DNA from: Planctomycetota bacterium
Lineage (GTDB): Bacteria > Planctomycetota > UBA11346
Reading direction: 5' to 3'
Length of the DNA stretch: 64,000 bases
Assembly: GCA_038213805.1 (NCBI GenBank)
Contig: JBBQSO010000011.1
Coordinates: forward strand, 24,689-88,688
Shown one piece after another: positions 22,572 to 31,906 of the stretch. Each line of letters starts with the position of its first letter. Position 1 is the stretch's first letter. The translations under genes were made by a program, and so were the position numbers. Below the pieces are notes generated by a model, which was not told the DNA's origin, ran no database searches, and saw only the letters and a program-made list of their open reading frames with translations.

Positions 22572-22754
22572 GACCAGACGCTATGACCACCCCTGGGGAG
22601 CCAAGCAGTGTTCCCACGCCCAGTCGGGTCGCGTGCCGGTCAGTGCAGAGTGGCAGCAAGAATTGCCCGACATGATCGGACCAGGGGTATCATCTCCTGG
22701 TCGAACACCGGTGGCATCCGCAACTTCCGGCGTCCATGACCGTACAAGGTTACG

Positions 22755-25184
22755 ATGACTAGATTCAGCCAGCCGACGCGCCTCGCCCGCTTCCCCGCCC
22801 TCTGTGGCGGGTTTTTTGCGTTTTGGGGGTTGCTAACCTTCGACAACGCGGCCTGCGCGGCCGATGATGCACGTCAGGTTTCGGCAGCCTACGACAAGGA
22901 CATCAAGGGGCTCATCCGGGTCGCCTGCTACAAGTGCCATGGACCGGACAAGCAGAAGGGCGACCTCAACCTGTCGACCATCGGCGACGGCGCCGCCGCC
23001 CTCGCCGCGCTCAAGACCTGGCACGATGTGGCCGAAAAGGTCCAGAACGGCGAGATGCCGCCGAAGAAGTCAGATCCCCTCGCCGCCGCCGACAAGGCGA
23101 AGCTGCTGGCCTGGATCAAGGCCGCCAAGGCGACCGCGCCTGCCGACCCCGGCCGCGTCACCATCCGTCGCCTCAACCGCGCGGAGTACAACAACGTCAT
23201 CCGTGATCTTACCGGGCTCGACCTCAAGCCGTCGGCGGAGTTTCCCGAGGACGACGTCGGCGATGGCTTCGACAACATCGGCGACGTGCTGACCATCCCG
23301 CCGCTGCTGATGGAGAAGTACCTGATCGCCGCCGACCAGGTGCTGGAGAAAGCACTCATCACCGAGCAGCCGACCTTCCATGTCGAAGCCGCGCAGTGGA
23401 GCGTGCTCGACGACGGCAAGGAGCGCGCGCCGGCCACCGACGCCAAGAACGTGTCGTTCACCGCCCTCGGCGAAGTGCGCGGCTTCCTGTCCTTCCCGGT
23501 CAGCGGCCGCTACACGGTCAAGATCAAGGCGGGCGGCGACCAGGCTGGGAACGAGCCGGTCATGCTCGGCGTCAAGGTCGACGACAAGCTGGTCGCACCG
23601 GTGAAGGTCCTGCAGAAGTCCGCGTCGGTGGTCAGCGTGGTGATCGACGTCAAGCGCGGCATGCGTCCGGTGGCGATCGCCTTCATGAACCCCTTCAACG
23701 AGGCCGACGCGGCCGAACCACTGCCGCCGGCCGCCCCCGTCAAGCCGGGCGCGGCCAAGCCGGCGACGCCCGGGGCCACGGCCAAGGCGCCCGTCGCTCC
23801 GGCCAAGTCAGCCAAGGCGCCGCGCGTGCGCGCCCTGACCGTCGAGAGCTTCGACCTGATCGGCCCGCCGACGCCGGCGCTGCCCGAGAGCCACCGCCGC
23901 ATCATGATCGCGCGCCCCGACGCGAAAACCGCGAAGCGCGACGCCGCCAAAAGCATCCTCGAGGCCTTCGCGACGCGCGCCTACCGCCGTCCCATAACCA
24001 AGGAGCAGGGCGAGCGCCTGCTCGCGGTCTTCGACGTCGCCGACAAGAATGGCGAGGTCTTCGGCGAGGCGGTGCGCCTCGCGCTCAAGGGCGTGCTGGT
24101 CTCGCCGGCCTTCCTCTTCCGCATCGAGGTCGACCGTCCGGGCGACGCCGCCGGCATCTACAAGCTCGATGACTACGACATCGCCTCGCGCCTGTCGTTC
24201 TTCCTGTGGTCGTCGCTGCCCGACGAGGCGCTGCTTGACGCGGCGAAGGCGGGCAAACTCGGCAGCGATCCCAGCGAGATCGAGCGCCAGGTCGCGCGCA
24301 TGCTCAAGGATCCCAAATCACGCGCGCTGATCGACAACTTCTTCACCCAGTGGCTGGGGCTGCGGAAGCTGAGTTTCATCCAGCCGGACAGCAAGATATT
24401 CCCCGAATTCTCGCCCGAGCTGCGCAAGGACCTCTACGACGAGGTCATCGCCTTCGTCGAGAACCTGATGCGCGAGGACCGCAGCGTCCTCGAGATCCTC
24501 GACGCCGACTACAGCTTCCTGAACGCGCGCCTGGCCAAGCACTACGGCCTGCCGGCGGTGCCGGGAACCGCGCTGCGCAAGGTCAAGCTCACCGACGCCA
24601 ACCGCGGTGGCGTGGTGACCATGGGCGGCATCCTCGCCATCACTTCGCTGCCGACGCGCACCAGCCCAGTGAAACGCGGCAAGTGGATCCTTGAGCAGAT
24701 CCTGGGCGATCCACCGCCACCGCCGCCGCCGATGGTCGAGGCGCTCGACAAGGGGAGCGAGGGCGCCGGCGTCACCCTGACGGTGCGCCAGCGTCTGGAG
24801 CGCCATCGCGCCGACCCGGTGTGCGCGTCCTGCCACGAGCGCATGGATCCGATCGGCTTCGGCCTCGAGAACTTCGACGGCATCGGGCGCTGGCGCGACC
24901 AGGACGCCGGCAACGCGCTCGACACCAGCGGCGTGCTACCGAGCGGCCAGCAGTTCAAGGGCCCGATCGAGCTGCGCCGCATCTTCGCCGAGCGCAAGGA
25001 GCAGTACCTGGCGTGCCTGAGCGGCAAGTTGTTGACCTTCGCCCTCGGCCGGGGCGTCGAGCTCAGCGACGAGCCGGCGATCCAGAAGATCAGCGACGCG
25101 CTTGAGGCCAACCAATACCGCTTCTCGGTGCTGGTCACCGAGATCGCCAAGAGCTACCCCTTCCTCTACCGCAAGCGCCTCTGA
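22755..25184 (+). CDS. DUF1592/DUF1588/DUF1587/DUF1585/DUF1595-type protein with cytochrome c motifs
   Basis: CYKCH, RRLNRAEYNN, SPAFLFR, ASRLSFFLWSSLPD, TSPVKRGKW, CASCH..MDPIGFGLENFD. Confidence 0.9.
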   Translation: MTRFSQPTRLARFPALCGGFFAFWGLLTFDNAACAADDARQVSAAYDKDIKGLIRVACYKCHGPDKQKGDLNLSTIGDGAAALAALKTWHDVAEKVQNGEMPPKKSDPLAAADKAKLLAWIKAAKATAPADPGRVTIRRLNRAEYNNVIRDLTGLDLKPSAEFPEDDVGDGFDNIGDVLTIPPLLMEKYLIAADQVLEKALITEQPTFHVEAAQWSVLDDGKERAPATDAKNVSFTALGEVRGFLSFPVSGRYTVKIKAGGDQAGNEPVMLGVKVDDKLVAPVKVLQKSASVVSVVIDVKRGMRPVAIAFMNPFNEADAAEPLPPAAPVKPGAAKPATPGATAKAPVAPAKSAKAPRVRALTVESFDLIGPPTPALPESHRRIMIARPDAKTAKRDAAKSILEAFATRAYRRPITKEQGERLLAVFDVADKNGEVFGEAVRLALKGVLVSPAFLFRIEVDRPGDAAGIYKLDDYDIASRLSFFLWSSLPDEALLDAAKAGKLGSDPSEIERQVARMLKDPKSRALIDNFFTQWLGLRKLSFIQPDSKIFPEFSPELRKDLYDEVIAFVENLMREDRSVLEILDADYSFLNARLAKHYGLPAVPGTALRKVKLTDANRGGVVTMGGILAITSLPTRTSPVKRGKWILEQILGDPPPPPPPMVEALDKGSEGAGVTLTVRQRLERHRADPVCASCHERMDPIGFGLENFDGIGRWRDQDAGNALDTSGVLPSGQQFKGPIELRRIFAERKEQYLACLSGKLLTFALGRGVELSDEPAIQKISDALEANQYRFSVLVTEIAKSYPFLYRKRL

Positions 25185-25207
25185 CCTTCGTCCCAAAGGA
25201 CCTTCCC

Positions 25208-26560
25208 ATGTCCATGAACTGGCTGATCTCCCGCCGCACCGCGCTCAAGGGCCTCGGCGTCGCCGTCGGGCTGCCCCTGCTCGAGCAGATGGGCTGGGCC
25301 GAAGACCCCAAGAAGGCGGTGCGCGCCCCGGTGCGCATGGCCTTCATGCATTTCGGGATGGGCGTGATCCAGGAGCATTGGAAGCAGCAGGCCAAAGGCG
25401 GTCCGCTGCCGGCCATCCTCGAGCCGCTCAAACCGCACCTGGCCGATGTGCTGGTGCTGAACGGACTCGCCCAGCGCTCCGCCCAGGGCGGCGCCGACGG
25501 CGCTGGCGACCACGCGCGCGAGGCCGGCTGCTACCTCACCGGCGTGCGCCTACGCAAGACCAGCGGCAAGGACATCCAGGCCGGGATCTCGGTCGACCAG
25601 CTCGCTGCGCAGAAGGTCGGCGCCTACACCAACCTGCCCTCGATCGAGTTGTCGATCGAGGGTGGCTCGGGCTCGGGCGACTGCGATTCGGGCTACAGCT
25701 GCGCCTACTCGACGAACATCTCGTGGCGTTCGGCGACCCAGCCGATGGCCAAGGAGATCCGCCCCAAGGCGGCCTTCATGCGCCTGTTCGCCGATCGCGG
25801 CCAGTCCAATGCCGCGCAGGTCCAGGCGGCGCTGACCGCCGAGAACAAGAGTCTGCTCGACCTGGTCGGCGAGGAGACCGCCGCCATCAAGGGCAGCCTT
25901 GGCGGCAACGATGTGCGCAAGGTCGACGAGTACCTGGAATCGCTGCGCTCGCTCGAGAGCCGCATCCAGAAGATCAGCGGGCGCGAGGAAGAGGGCGCCG
26001 CCGGCGGCGGCAAGAACCAGCTGGTGGTCCCGAACGGCGTGCCCCAGGACTACGCCGAGCACGCCAAGCTGATGTTCGACATCATGGCGCTGGCCTTCCA
26101 GGCCGACGCCACGCGCATCGCCACCTTCATGATGACCAATGGCGGCTCGGGGCGCAGCTACCCGCAGATCGGCGTGATGGGCGGCCACCACGACCTCTCG
26201 CACCACGGTGCCGACCAGACCAAGAAGGACGGGATCAAGAAGATCAACATCTACCACATGCAGCAGTTCGCCTACTTCCTCGAGAAGCTCAAGAGCATGA
26301 AGGAGGGCAAGGGCACCGTGCTCGACAACAGCATGCTGATGTACGGCTCGTGCATCGGCGACGGCGACCGCCACAACCACGACGACCTGCCGATCGTCCT
26401 CGCCGGGCGCGGCGGCGGCACCATCGCCAGCGGCCGCATCGTGCCGTCGGCGCGCGGCAACCTCTGCGACCTCTACCACGGCATGTTGCTGCGCATGGGC
26501 GTTGAGGTGCCGAACTTCGGCGACAGCTCGGGCAAGCCGTTGCCTGATCTGGTCGGGTAA
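25208..26560 (+). CDS. DUF1552 domain Tat-exported protein
   Basis: SRRTALKG..LPLLE; GISVDQ; ISWRS; ALAFQADATR; HHDLSHH; LDNS; HNHDDLP. Confidence 0.9.
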   Translation: MSMNWLISRRTALKGLGVAVGLPLLEQMGWAEDPKKAVRAPVRMAFMHFGMGVIQEHWKQQAKGGPLPAILEPLKPHLADVLVLNGLAQRSAQGGADGAGDHAREAGCYLTGVRLRKTSGKDIQAGISVDQLAAQKVGAYTNLPSIELSIEGGSGSGDCDSGYSCAYSTNISWRSATQPMAKEIRPKAAFMRLFADRGQSNAAQVQAALTAENKSLLDLVGEETAAIKGSLGGNDVRKVDEYLESLRSLESRIQKISGREEEGAAGGGKNQLVVPNGVPQDYAEHAKLMFDIMALAFQADATRIATFMMTNGGSGRSYPQIGVMGGHHDLSHHGADQTKKDGIKKINIYHMQQFAYFLEKLKSMKEGKGTVLDNSMLMYGSCIGDGDRHNHDDLPIVLAGRGGGTIASGRIVPSARGNLCDLYHGMLLRMGVEVPNFGDSSGKPLPDLVG

Positions 26561-26652
26561 GTGGTGTTGCGCATGACAGGTCACGCGAGCGCGCGGCAAT
26601 ATCACGGATGATGTTCTCGCCCTTCCGCCGCGTTCCACGAAGGGATTACCCC

Positions 26653-28056
26653 ATGCTGCTCCGCACGCTCGCCCTGGTCGGCCTTTTCGCCGCCGCCGCT
26701 CTGGCCGGAGCCATGGAGGAGGGCGACCTGCGCGAGAAGGACATCGCCGATCCCAAGGACCCGGTCGCGAGCATCAGCCTCAAGGTCATCATCCACTACG
26801 CCATTGAGGTGCCCAAGGCCATCGCCCCGGCCGGCACCACATCTCCCGACCAGCAGGTCGGCCTGTTCGTGTGCTTCCACGGCCGCGGCGGCAATGCGCG
26901 CGGCGAGGCCGACGCCTTCCTTGGCATGCTCAAGCGCGAGAAGCTTGAGGGGCAGTACATCGTACTCGGCGCCAAATCCCTGGCCGACGGCTGGGAGGCG
27001 GTCGACATGCCGCCAGTGGCGCAGCTCATCACCTGGGCGAAGAAGACCTATCCGGTCAACCCGCGCCGAGTCTACTGCTTCGGCATGAGTTCAGGCGGCG
27101 GCTTCTGCGGCGACTACACGCTCGCCCATCCCGAAACCATCGCCGCCGGCATCATGTATGGCAGCGGCCTGTGGAAGGTCCCGGCGGCGAAGGATCCGGT
27201 CCACACCATGCCCGAGATCTACATGAACATGGGTCTGGACGACGACGAGGCGCACAAGGCCAGCGCGCGCGGCGGCTACCAGAAGTTCAAGGATCTCGGC
27301 TACCACGTCATCTACCACGAGATCGAGGGCCTGCCGCACAGCGAGCACCACCCGCCGACGAACAGCGACGCCATCCAGTGGGCGGTGCGCCTGCGCCACA
27401 AGACCATGATGCCCTCGCCCGAGGAGGTCGCGCTGTTGAGGCCGGTCAACAAGGACGCCCGGACCATCGCCGCCGACGCCAAGCCCTTCGCCGACGTCGC
27501 CCTGGTCGGCGGCTTCGCCGCCGGCGAGGTGATGACGCGCCTGCTCGACACCAAGGATCCCACCGCGCGCACGCTTGCCGCCAGCACCTGCAGCCTGAGC
27601 CAGTTCGGCGAGGGCACCTTCACCCTGCTCGCGCACAAGCTCAAGGACCCCACGCCCGAGGTGCGCAGCGCTGCCATCGCCGCGCTCGGCCCCTTCGCGC
27701 GCTGGCGCACGCCCATCGCGCAAGAGACCCTGATCGTCGTCGCCACCGCCAAGCGCTGGGACCTCGCCGAGCGCCAGGCCGCAGTCGCCGGCCTCGCCGA
27801 CGCGGTGAAGTTCCAGGTGCGCGGCGTCTACCAGGACCCGCCCATGTTCCGCGCGCTGGTGACCCTGCTCGACGACGAGGACGCCACCATCCGCACCACC
27901 GCCTGGACCGCGCTGAAGAGCATCCAGGAGAGCACCTACAGCCCCGACGACCCCAAGCCGAAGCGCCAGTCCGCGCTCGCCAAGTGGGAGGAGTGGCTCG
28001 CCGTGATCACCAAGAAGGAAAGCCCCGAGCAGGGGACCACCGCCAAGAAGCGCTGA
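26653..28056 (+). CDS. Secreted alpha/beta-hydrolase (esterase-like) with C-terminal HEAT repeats
   Basis: Signal peptide; FHGRGG; GMSSGG nucleophile elbow; putative Asp (GLDD) and His (GLPH); LKDPTPEVRSAAIAALG and LLDDEDATIR repeats. Confidence 0.75.
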   Translation: MLLRTLALVGLFAAAALAGAMEEGDLREKDIADPKDPVASISLKVIIHYAIEVPKAIAPAGTTSPDQQVGLFVCFHGRGGNARGEADAFLGMLKREKLEGQYIVLGAKSLADGWEAVDMPPVAQLITWAKKTYPVNPRRVYCFGMSSGGGFCGDYTLAHPETIAAGIMYGSGLWKVPAAKDPVHTMPEIYMNMGLDDDEAHKASARGGYQKFKDLGYHVIYHEIEGLPHSEHHPPTNSDAIQWAVRLRHKTMMPSPEEVALLRPVNKDARTIAADAKPFADVALVGGFAAGEVMTRLLDTKDPTARTLAASTCSLSQFGEGTFTLLAHKLKDPTPEVRSAAIAALGPFARWRTPIAQETLIVVATAKRWDLAERQAAVAGLADAVKFQVRGVYQDPPMFRALVTLLDDEDATIRTTAWTALKSIQESTYSPDDPKPKRQSALAKWEEWLAVITKKESPEQGTTAKKR

Positions 28057-28155
28057 CCTGTCCGGGCCGGCCACGATACTCATTCAATGACCACTGCCCC
28101 TGCCGTCGATCGCATCACCCCGCCAAGCCACGCTTCAGAACGCTCCCAGGAAACC

Positions 28156-29013
28156 ATGCCCATGTCCCGCACACTCCTTCCATGCGCCCTGCTGCTCTGC
28201 ACTGCCGCGCTCTCACCGGTGCATGGCGCTACTGCCGCGCCCCCGGCTGCGCCCGGGGATCCCACCGAGATCGTGCCCCTGAAGAAGGCCAAGCTCTTCA
28301 TCTGGGAAGATTTCGAGGCCACCGACGTCGGTAAGATCCCCAAGGGCTATTCCCCGAGGGGCTCGGTAGGCGTGGTCGACGACGTCGCCCACTCCGGCCG
28401 GCGCTCACTCCGTCTGAACGCGGCGGTCAGCGGCGCCCGCCAGATCGTGAAGCAGGGTGCCGAGATCGCCGCGATCGGTGGCTCGCACTGGGGCCGCCTC
28501 TACTACAAGGTGCAGCTGCCCTCGCCGCTGCCCGCTAACGGTGGCATGCACACCACCATCGTCGTCGGCGCCGCCAAGAGCCCGCTCGACAAGGGCGGCA
28601 TCGAAGTGCGCCTGATGGGCACTTCAACCGGTCAGGATGGAGATTTCCGTTACTTATTCAACGTCCAGGCCAAATCATATGAGTTCGGCCCCGCCGCCAA
28701 GACGGCGTCAAAGTACAGCGACGAGTGGACTTTGGCCGAGTGGTACGTCGACTACGCCACCCAGACCTACCGCTTCTTCATCAACGGCGAGGAGATCCCC
28801 GAGATCGCCGTCCACAACGGTCAGGGTAAGTTCGACAAGTCGGAGATCCCCGAAGCCTTTGATTCCCTGGCCTTCGGCTGGCAGAACTACCAGGCCGCCG
28901 CCGGCACCGGCTTTGTGGCCTGGATGGACGACATCGCGGTCAGCAAGGACCGCATCGGGGCGCAAATGCTGATCCCGTTGGCGGGTGAGAAGCCGGGGAA
29001 GAAGAAAAAGTAG
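28156..29013 (+). CDS. Secreted beta-sandwich protein, Cip1/polysaccharide-lyase-like
   Basis: Signal peptide; WEDFE..., VAHSGRRSLRL, HWGRLYY, WTLAEW, FGWQNYQ, WMDDIAVSKDRIG. Confidence 0.55.
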   Translation: MPMSRTLLPCALLLCTAALSPVHGATAAPPAAPGDPTEIVPLKKAKLFIWEDFEATDVGKIPKGYSPRGSVGVVDDVAHSGRRSLRLNAAVSGARQIVKQGAEIAAIGGSHWGRLYYKVQLPSPLPANGGMHTTIVVGAAKSPLDKGGIEVRLMGTSTGQDGDFRYLFNVQAKSYEFGPAAKTASKYSDEWTLAEWYVDYATQTYRFFINGEEIPEIAVHNGQGKFDKSEIPEAFDSLAFGWQNYQAAAGTGFVAWMDDIAVSKDRIGAQMLIPLAGEKPGKKKK

Positions 29014-29020
29014 GAGAGTG

Positions 29021-29053
29021 GGCGATCGCCTGCCGTGAGGGCCGGCGATCGCC
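29021..29053. terminator. Inverted repeat after the 28156-29013 gene
   Basis: GGCGATCGCC at 29021-29030 and 29044-29053 can pair as a hairpin. Confidence 0.45.
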
Positions 29054-29123
29054 ACCGAGAATGAGCGGCAGATGAAGCGGGTAACCGGTTGATGGGGGCC
29101 AGTGCGTGCCAATCGACGAGATA

Positions 29124-29156
29124 CCCGTAGGCGATGGTCGTCGCATCGCCTACGGG
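29124..29156. terminator. Perfect 13-bp hairpin between convergent genes
   Basis: CCCGTAGGCGATG - 7 nt loop - CATCGCCTACGGG; no U-tract. Confidence 0.6.
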
Positions 29157-29176
29157 CATCAAATCTCCATGCCATT

Positions 29177-29731
29177 TTACGGCTTGAGATCGAACACTCC
29201 CATCGTCGCGCCCTGGGCGTCAGTGACCGTAAGGTGCAGAGACCAGGGGACCTCTACGGCCTTGGTATGACCCTGATCCCCCAAGAGCGAGTAGTTGCCC
29301 TTCATATCCAGGCGCTTGAAGGATTTGGGATCAATGGTGATGGCTGACTTCCCGTTGACCTGGATGACGTCCCGCGCACTGCGCATGCCGCTGGTCGAGT
29401 ACAGGAATCGCTCCGTGAGATCCTCGGCGGGCAGTTCGTTGCCGGCCGGGATGCTGGGGTAGATATTTTTCTCGGACAGCACCTGAAGGCCATCCCAGAT
29501 CGGCAAACCGGTGGCGCGTGCGAAGAGGACGACCTGCTTGTCCGAATGGTTGTCGACCTTGATGCGGTAGGCAACGTGTTCGGTCGTCTGGCGCCAGCAG
29601 ACGAGGGTGACTGTCACATCACCGACCGTCTGCATCGGTCCATCCTTCTCGCCGTAGACCTGCTCCCGGTCTCCGCAACCGACGAAGGTGAGACAAAGCG
29701 CCGCGACGGCGAGAGCAAGCAGATGACGCAT
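29177..29731 (-). CDS. Hypothetical lipoprotein
   Basis: MRHLLALAVAALCLTFVGC lipobox; coding-like codon bias. Confidence 0.7.
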   Translation of the reverse strand: MRHLLALAVAALCLTFVGCGDREQVYGEKDGPMQTVGDVTVTLVCWRQTTEHVAYRIKVDNHSDKQVVLFARATGLPIWDGLQVLSEKNIYPSIPAGNELPAEDLTERFLYSTSGMRSARDVIQVNGKSAITIDPKSFKRLDMKGNYSLLGDQGHTKAVEVPWSLHLTVTDAQGATMGVFDLKP

Positions 29732-29769
29732 GGAAAGTCCTTGGGTTGGAATCGGTGAGGATGAGGGAA

Positions 29770-30258
29770 TCAGCTGGACGCTGCGACGGTGACCGTGAAT
29801 TCGACGAAATTGTTGTTTTCGTTGGTCTCGGCGAAGGCGCCCACATCGTCGATGGTGATGCGATAGACCGCAGCGCCGGCGGTGGCCGTGATCGGAACGT
29901 CGACGTCGATGAAGCCGAAGGCCGCCAGCGACGGCACGATTCCGCTCATGAATGCCACGCCGTTCTTCTGGATGGTCCAGTGGACGTTGGACACCGTGGA
30001 GTGGAAGCCGTTGCCGATGTCGAAGCGGAGGATCGGCGAGGGGGTGGCAGTGGTGATCGTGGCCGGGACGGTCTGCGCCCCTTGAAAGAACCCGAGGTCG
30101 TTGTCGCCGAATTGGCCGGTGGTCGTCCCATTGATGAATTGTGGAGGTGTATTCCCTGATCCGCCACTGCCGCTCCCGCCGCCGCCGTAGCCACAACCGG
30201 TGAGCATGGCGATGGTTCCGACCACGGTTGCAAGGGAGGCAAAGGCAGAAGTCCGCAT
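29770..30258 (-). CDS. Lipoprotein with a CARDB-like domain
   Basis: Lipobox MLTGC, Gly/Ser linker, C-terminal ITIDDVGAFAETNENNN. Confidence 0.7.
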   Translation of the reverse strand: MRTSAFASLATVVGTIAMLTGCGYGGGGSGSGGSGNTPPQFINGTTTGQFGDNDLGFFQGAQTVPATITTATPSPILRFDIGNGFHSTVSNVHWTIQKNGVAFMSGIVPSLAAFGFIDVDVPITATAGAAVYRITIDDVGAFAETNENNNFVEFTVTVAASS

Positions 30259-30637
30259 GTGATGATGCCTGGTAGTGGGGGACGGAAGACCCCGATCGTA
30301 GCGGCACGCAGTTTGAGGGAAGCTTGGCAACCTCAGGTTTCGGGGATGGGCGAAGGACGCAGCAGCCGACCGTGAGTCACGAGCACTAACCCGTGCCCAG
30401 ATCCTGGTATAGGTGCCTATGCACCGCGCCCGCTACCGCGACCGAGCCCAGTAGTGAGCCCGCCCCGAGCCCTTGCGCCGCTGGCACAGAACCCCACACG
30501 TCACTCCGGTCCTCCACCTTCTCCCTCTCTGGTCTTATCGCGCTGCGGTCCGTTCCCGCCAAGTCCCACGCGGCAGCGGCGGTTACTGCCGGGTCTCGCC
30601 TCTCCGGCGTAGCACGGCAGGCGGTCGCGCCGCCCGC

Positions 30638-30991
30638 TCAGTCGAAATGCTCATCGTGTGGATCAAAGGCCGGAACCGGGATGTTGACGATCTTGAGCGC
30701 GCCAAGCGCGCGGTGGCGGCAGCCGGGCTTGATCAGCACGGTGCTCAGGGGCTTGACCGGGATGAGCTCGCCGTCGAGTTCCATGAAGCCTTCGCCCTCG
30801 AGGATCAGGTAGATCTCGGTCAGCTTGGTGTGGTAGTGGGTGCGTGCGTCGGCCTGGATGTCCACGTAGTGGATGGTCGCCACCGCATTGTCCGGGGTGG
30901 CGAAGGCGCGCCGCGTCCAGCCGCAGGGGCAGCGTTGCGGTTCGAGCTCGTCCAGTTGGGCGAACAGGTAATTTTTCACGGTCGCGGTCAT
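30638..30991 (-). CDS. Cupin domain protein
   Basis: CPCG; HYHTKLTEIYLILEGEG; IKPGCRHRA. Confidence 0.88.
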   Translation of the reverse strand: MTATVKNYLFAQLDELEPQRCPCGWTRRAFATPDNAVATIHYVDIQADARTHYHTKLTEIYLILEGEGFMELDGELIPVKPLSTVLIKPGCRHRALGALKIVNIPVPAFDPHDEHFD

Positions 30992-31072
30992 GGCGGGTCC
31001 TCGGGGCAGGCGGGCTGCGCGCTGGTGCGCGGCCGGTGAGCCGCCTAGGATAGCGCCCGGGCGCGGGGGACC

Positions 31073-31885
31073 ATGGCGGAACGGCGGCAGGATTTGGCGA
31101 AATCGATGGTGGTGCGCATCCCGCCGTCGCCGGTGCGCTGTGAGGTGCTCTACCTCCAACGCGGCACCTCGCCGGCTGGCCACGTGTTCGCCGCGCACGC
31201 GCACCCGTTCTGGCAGCTGGAGATCGCCCAGGCCGGCTCCTTCCGCTGCCTGGGAGGGGCGTCCGATCATCGCCTGAATCCCGGCGACGGGCTGCTCATC
31301 CCGGCGCAGGTCATGCACGGCTTCAGCTACGACCGGCGCAGCCGCCACCTGTCGGTCAAGATGCGTGTGGAGGGCGTCGCCGTCCCCACCGCGATCCTGC
31401 CGCTGCGCGCCCTGTCCGGCTGGTCGGCGCTGCGCGCCGCCCTGCTGGCGATGATCGACGTCGACCGCCCGGATCGCGCCCGCCAGCACGCCGCCGGCCA
31501 CCTGCTCGCTGCGCTGGTCGCGCTGGCCTCGGCGCCGCGCACGCCAATCCATGATCCGCCCTCGTTCGTCGAACGCGTGCGCGCCCTGGTCGAGCACGAC
31601 GGCAACCGCCGCTGGACGGTCACCGCGGTGGCGGGCGCGCTCGGCTGCTCCGCCAGCCACGCCTCGGCGGTGTTCCGCACCCAGGCGGCGCTCAGCCTCA
31701 AGTCATTCCTCGACCAGGCCCGCCAGGAAACCGCCGCGCAGGTGCTGGCCACCTCCGCCACGAGCATCGGAGTGGTCGCGGAAGAGCTCGGCTTCCCCGA
31801 CATCTTCGCATTCTCGCGCTTTATCAAGCGCTTGGCCGGGGTCAGCCCCCGCAAACTCCGCCAGCGCCTGCAGCAGCGCAGCTGA
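31073..31885 (+). CDS. AraC-family transcriptional regulator
   Basis: N-terminal HAHPFWQ cupin; C-terminal VAEELGFPDIFAFSRFIKRLAGVSP. Confidence 0.9.
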   Translation: MAERRQDLAKSMVVRIPPSPVRCEVLYLQRGTSPAGHVFAAHAHPFWQLEIAQAGSFRCLGGASDHRLNPGDGLLIPAQVMHGFSYDRRSRHLSVKMRVEGVAVPTAILPLRALSGWSALRAALLAMIDVDRPDRARQHAAGHLLAALVALASAPRTPIHDPPSFVERVRALVEHDGNRRWTVTAVAGALGCSASHASAVFRTQAALSLKSFLDQARQETAAQVLATSATSIGVVAEELGFPDIFAFSRFIKRLAGVSPRKLRQRLQQRS

Positions 31886-31906
31886 AGCGCCCGGCCGCAG
31901 GTACGT

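Noticed and set aside
22651..22666. TGGCAG...TTGC as a sigma54 promoter
   Set aside because: Spacing is one base off the strict -24/-12 geometry.
30259..30637. Long intergenic region as tRNA, riboswitch or small CDS
   Set aside because: No cloverleaf, T-loop or recognisable riboswitch core, and the ORFs lack coding bias; an Rfam scan would be needed to exclude an ncRNA.
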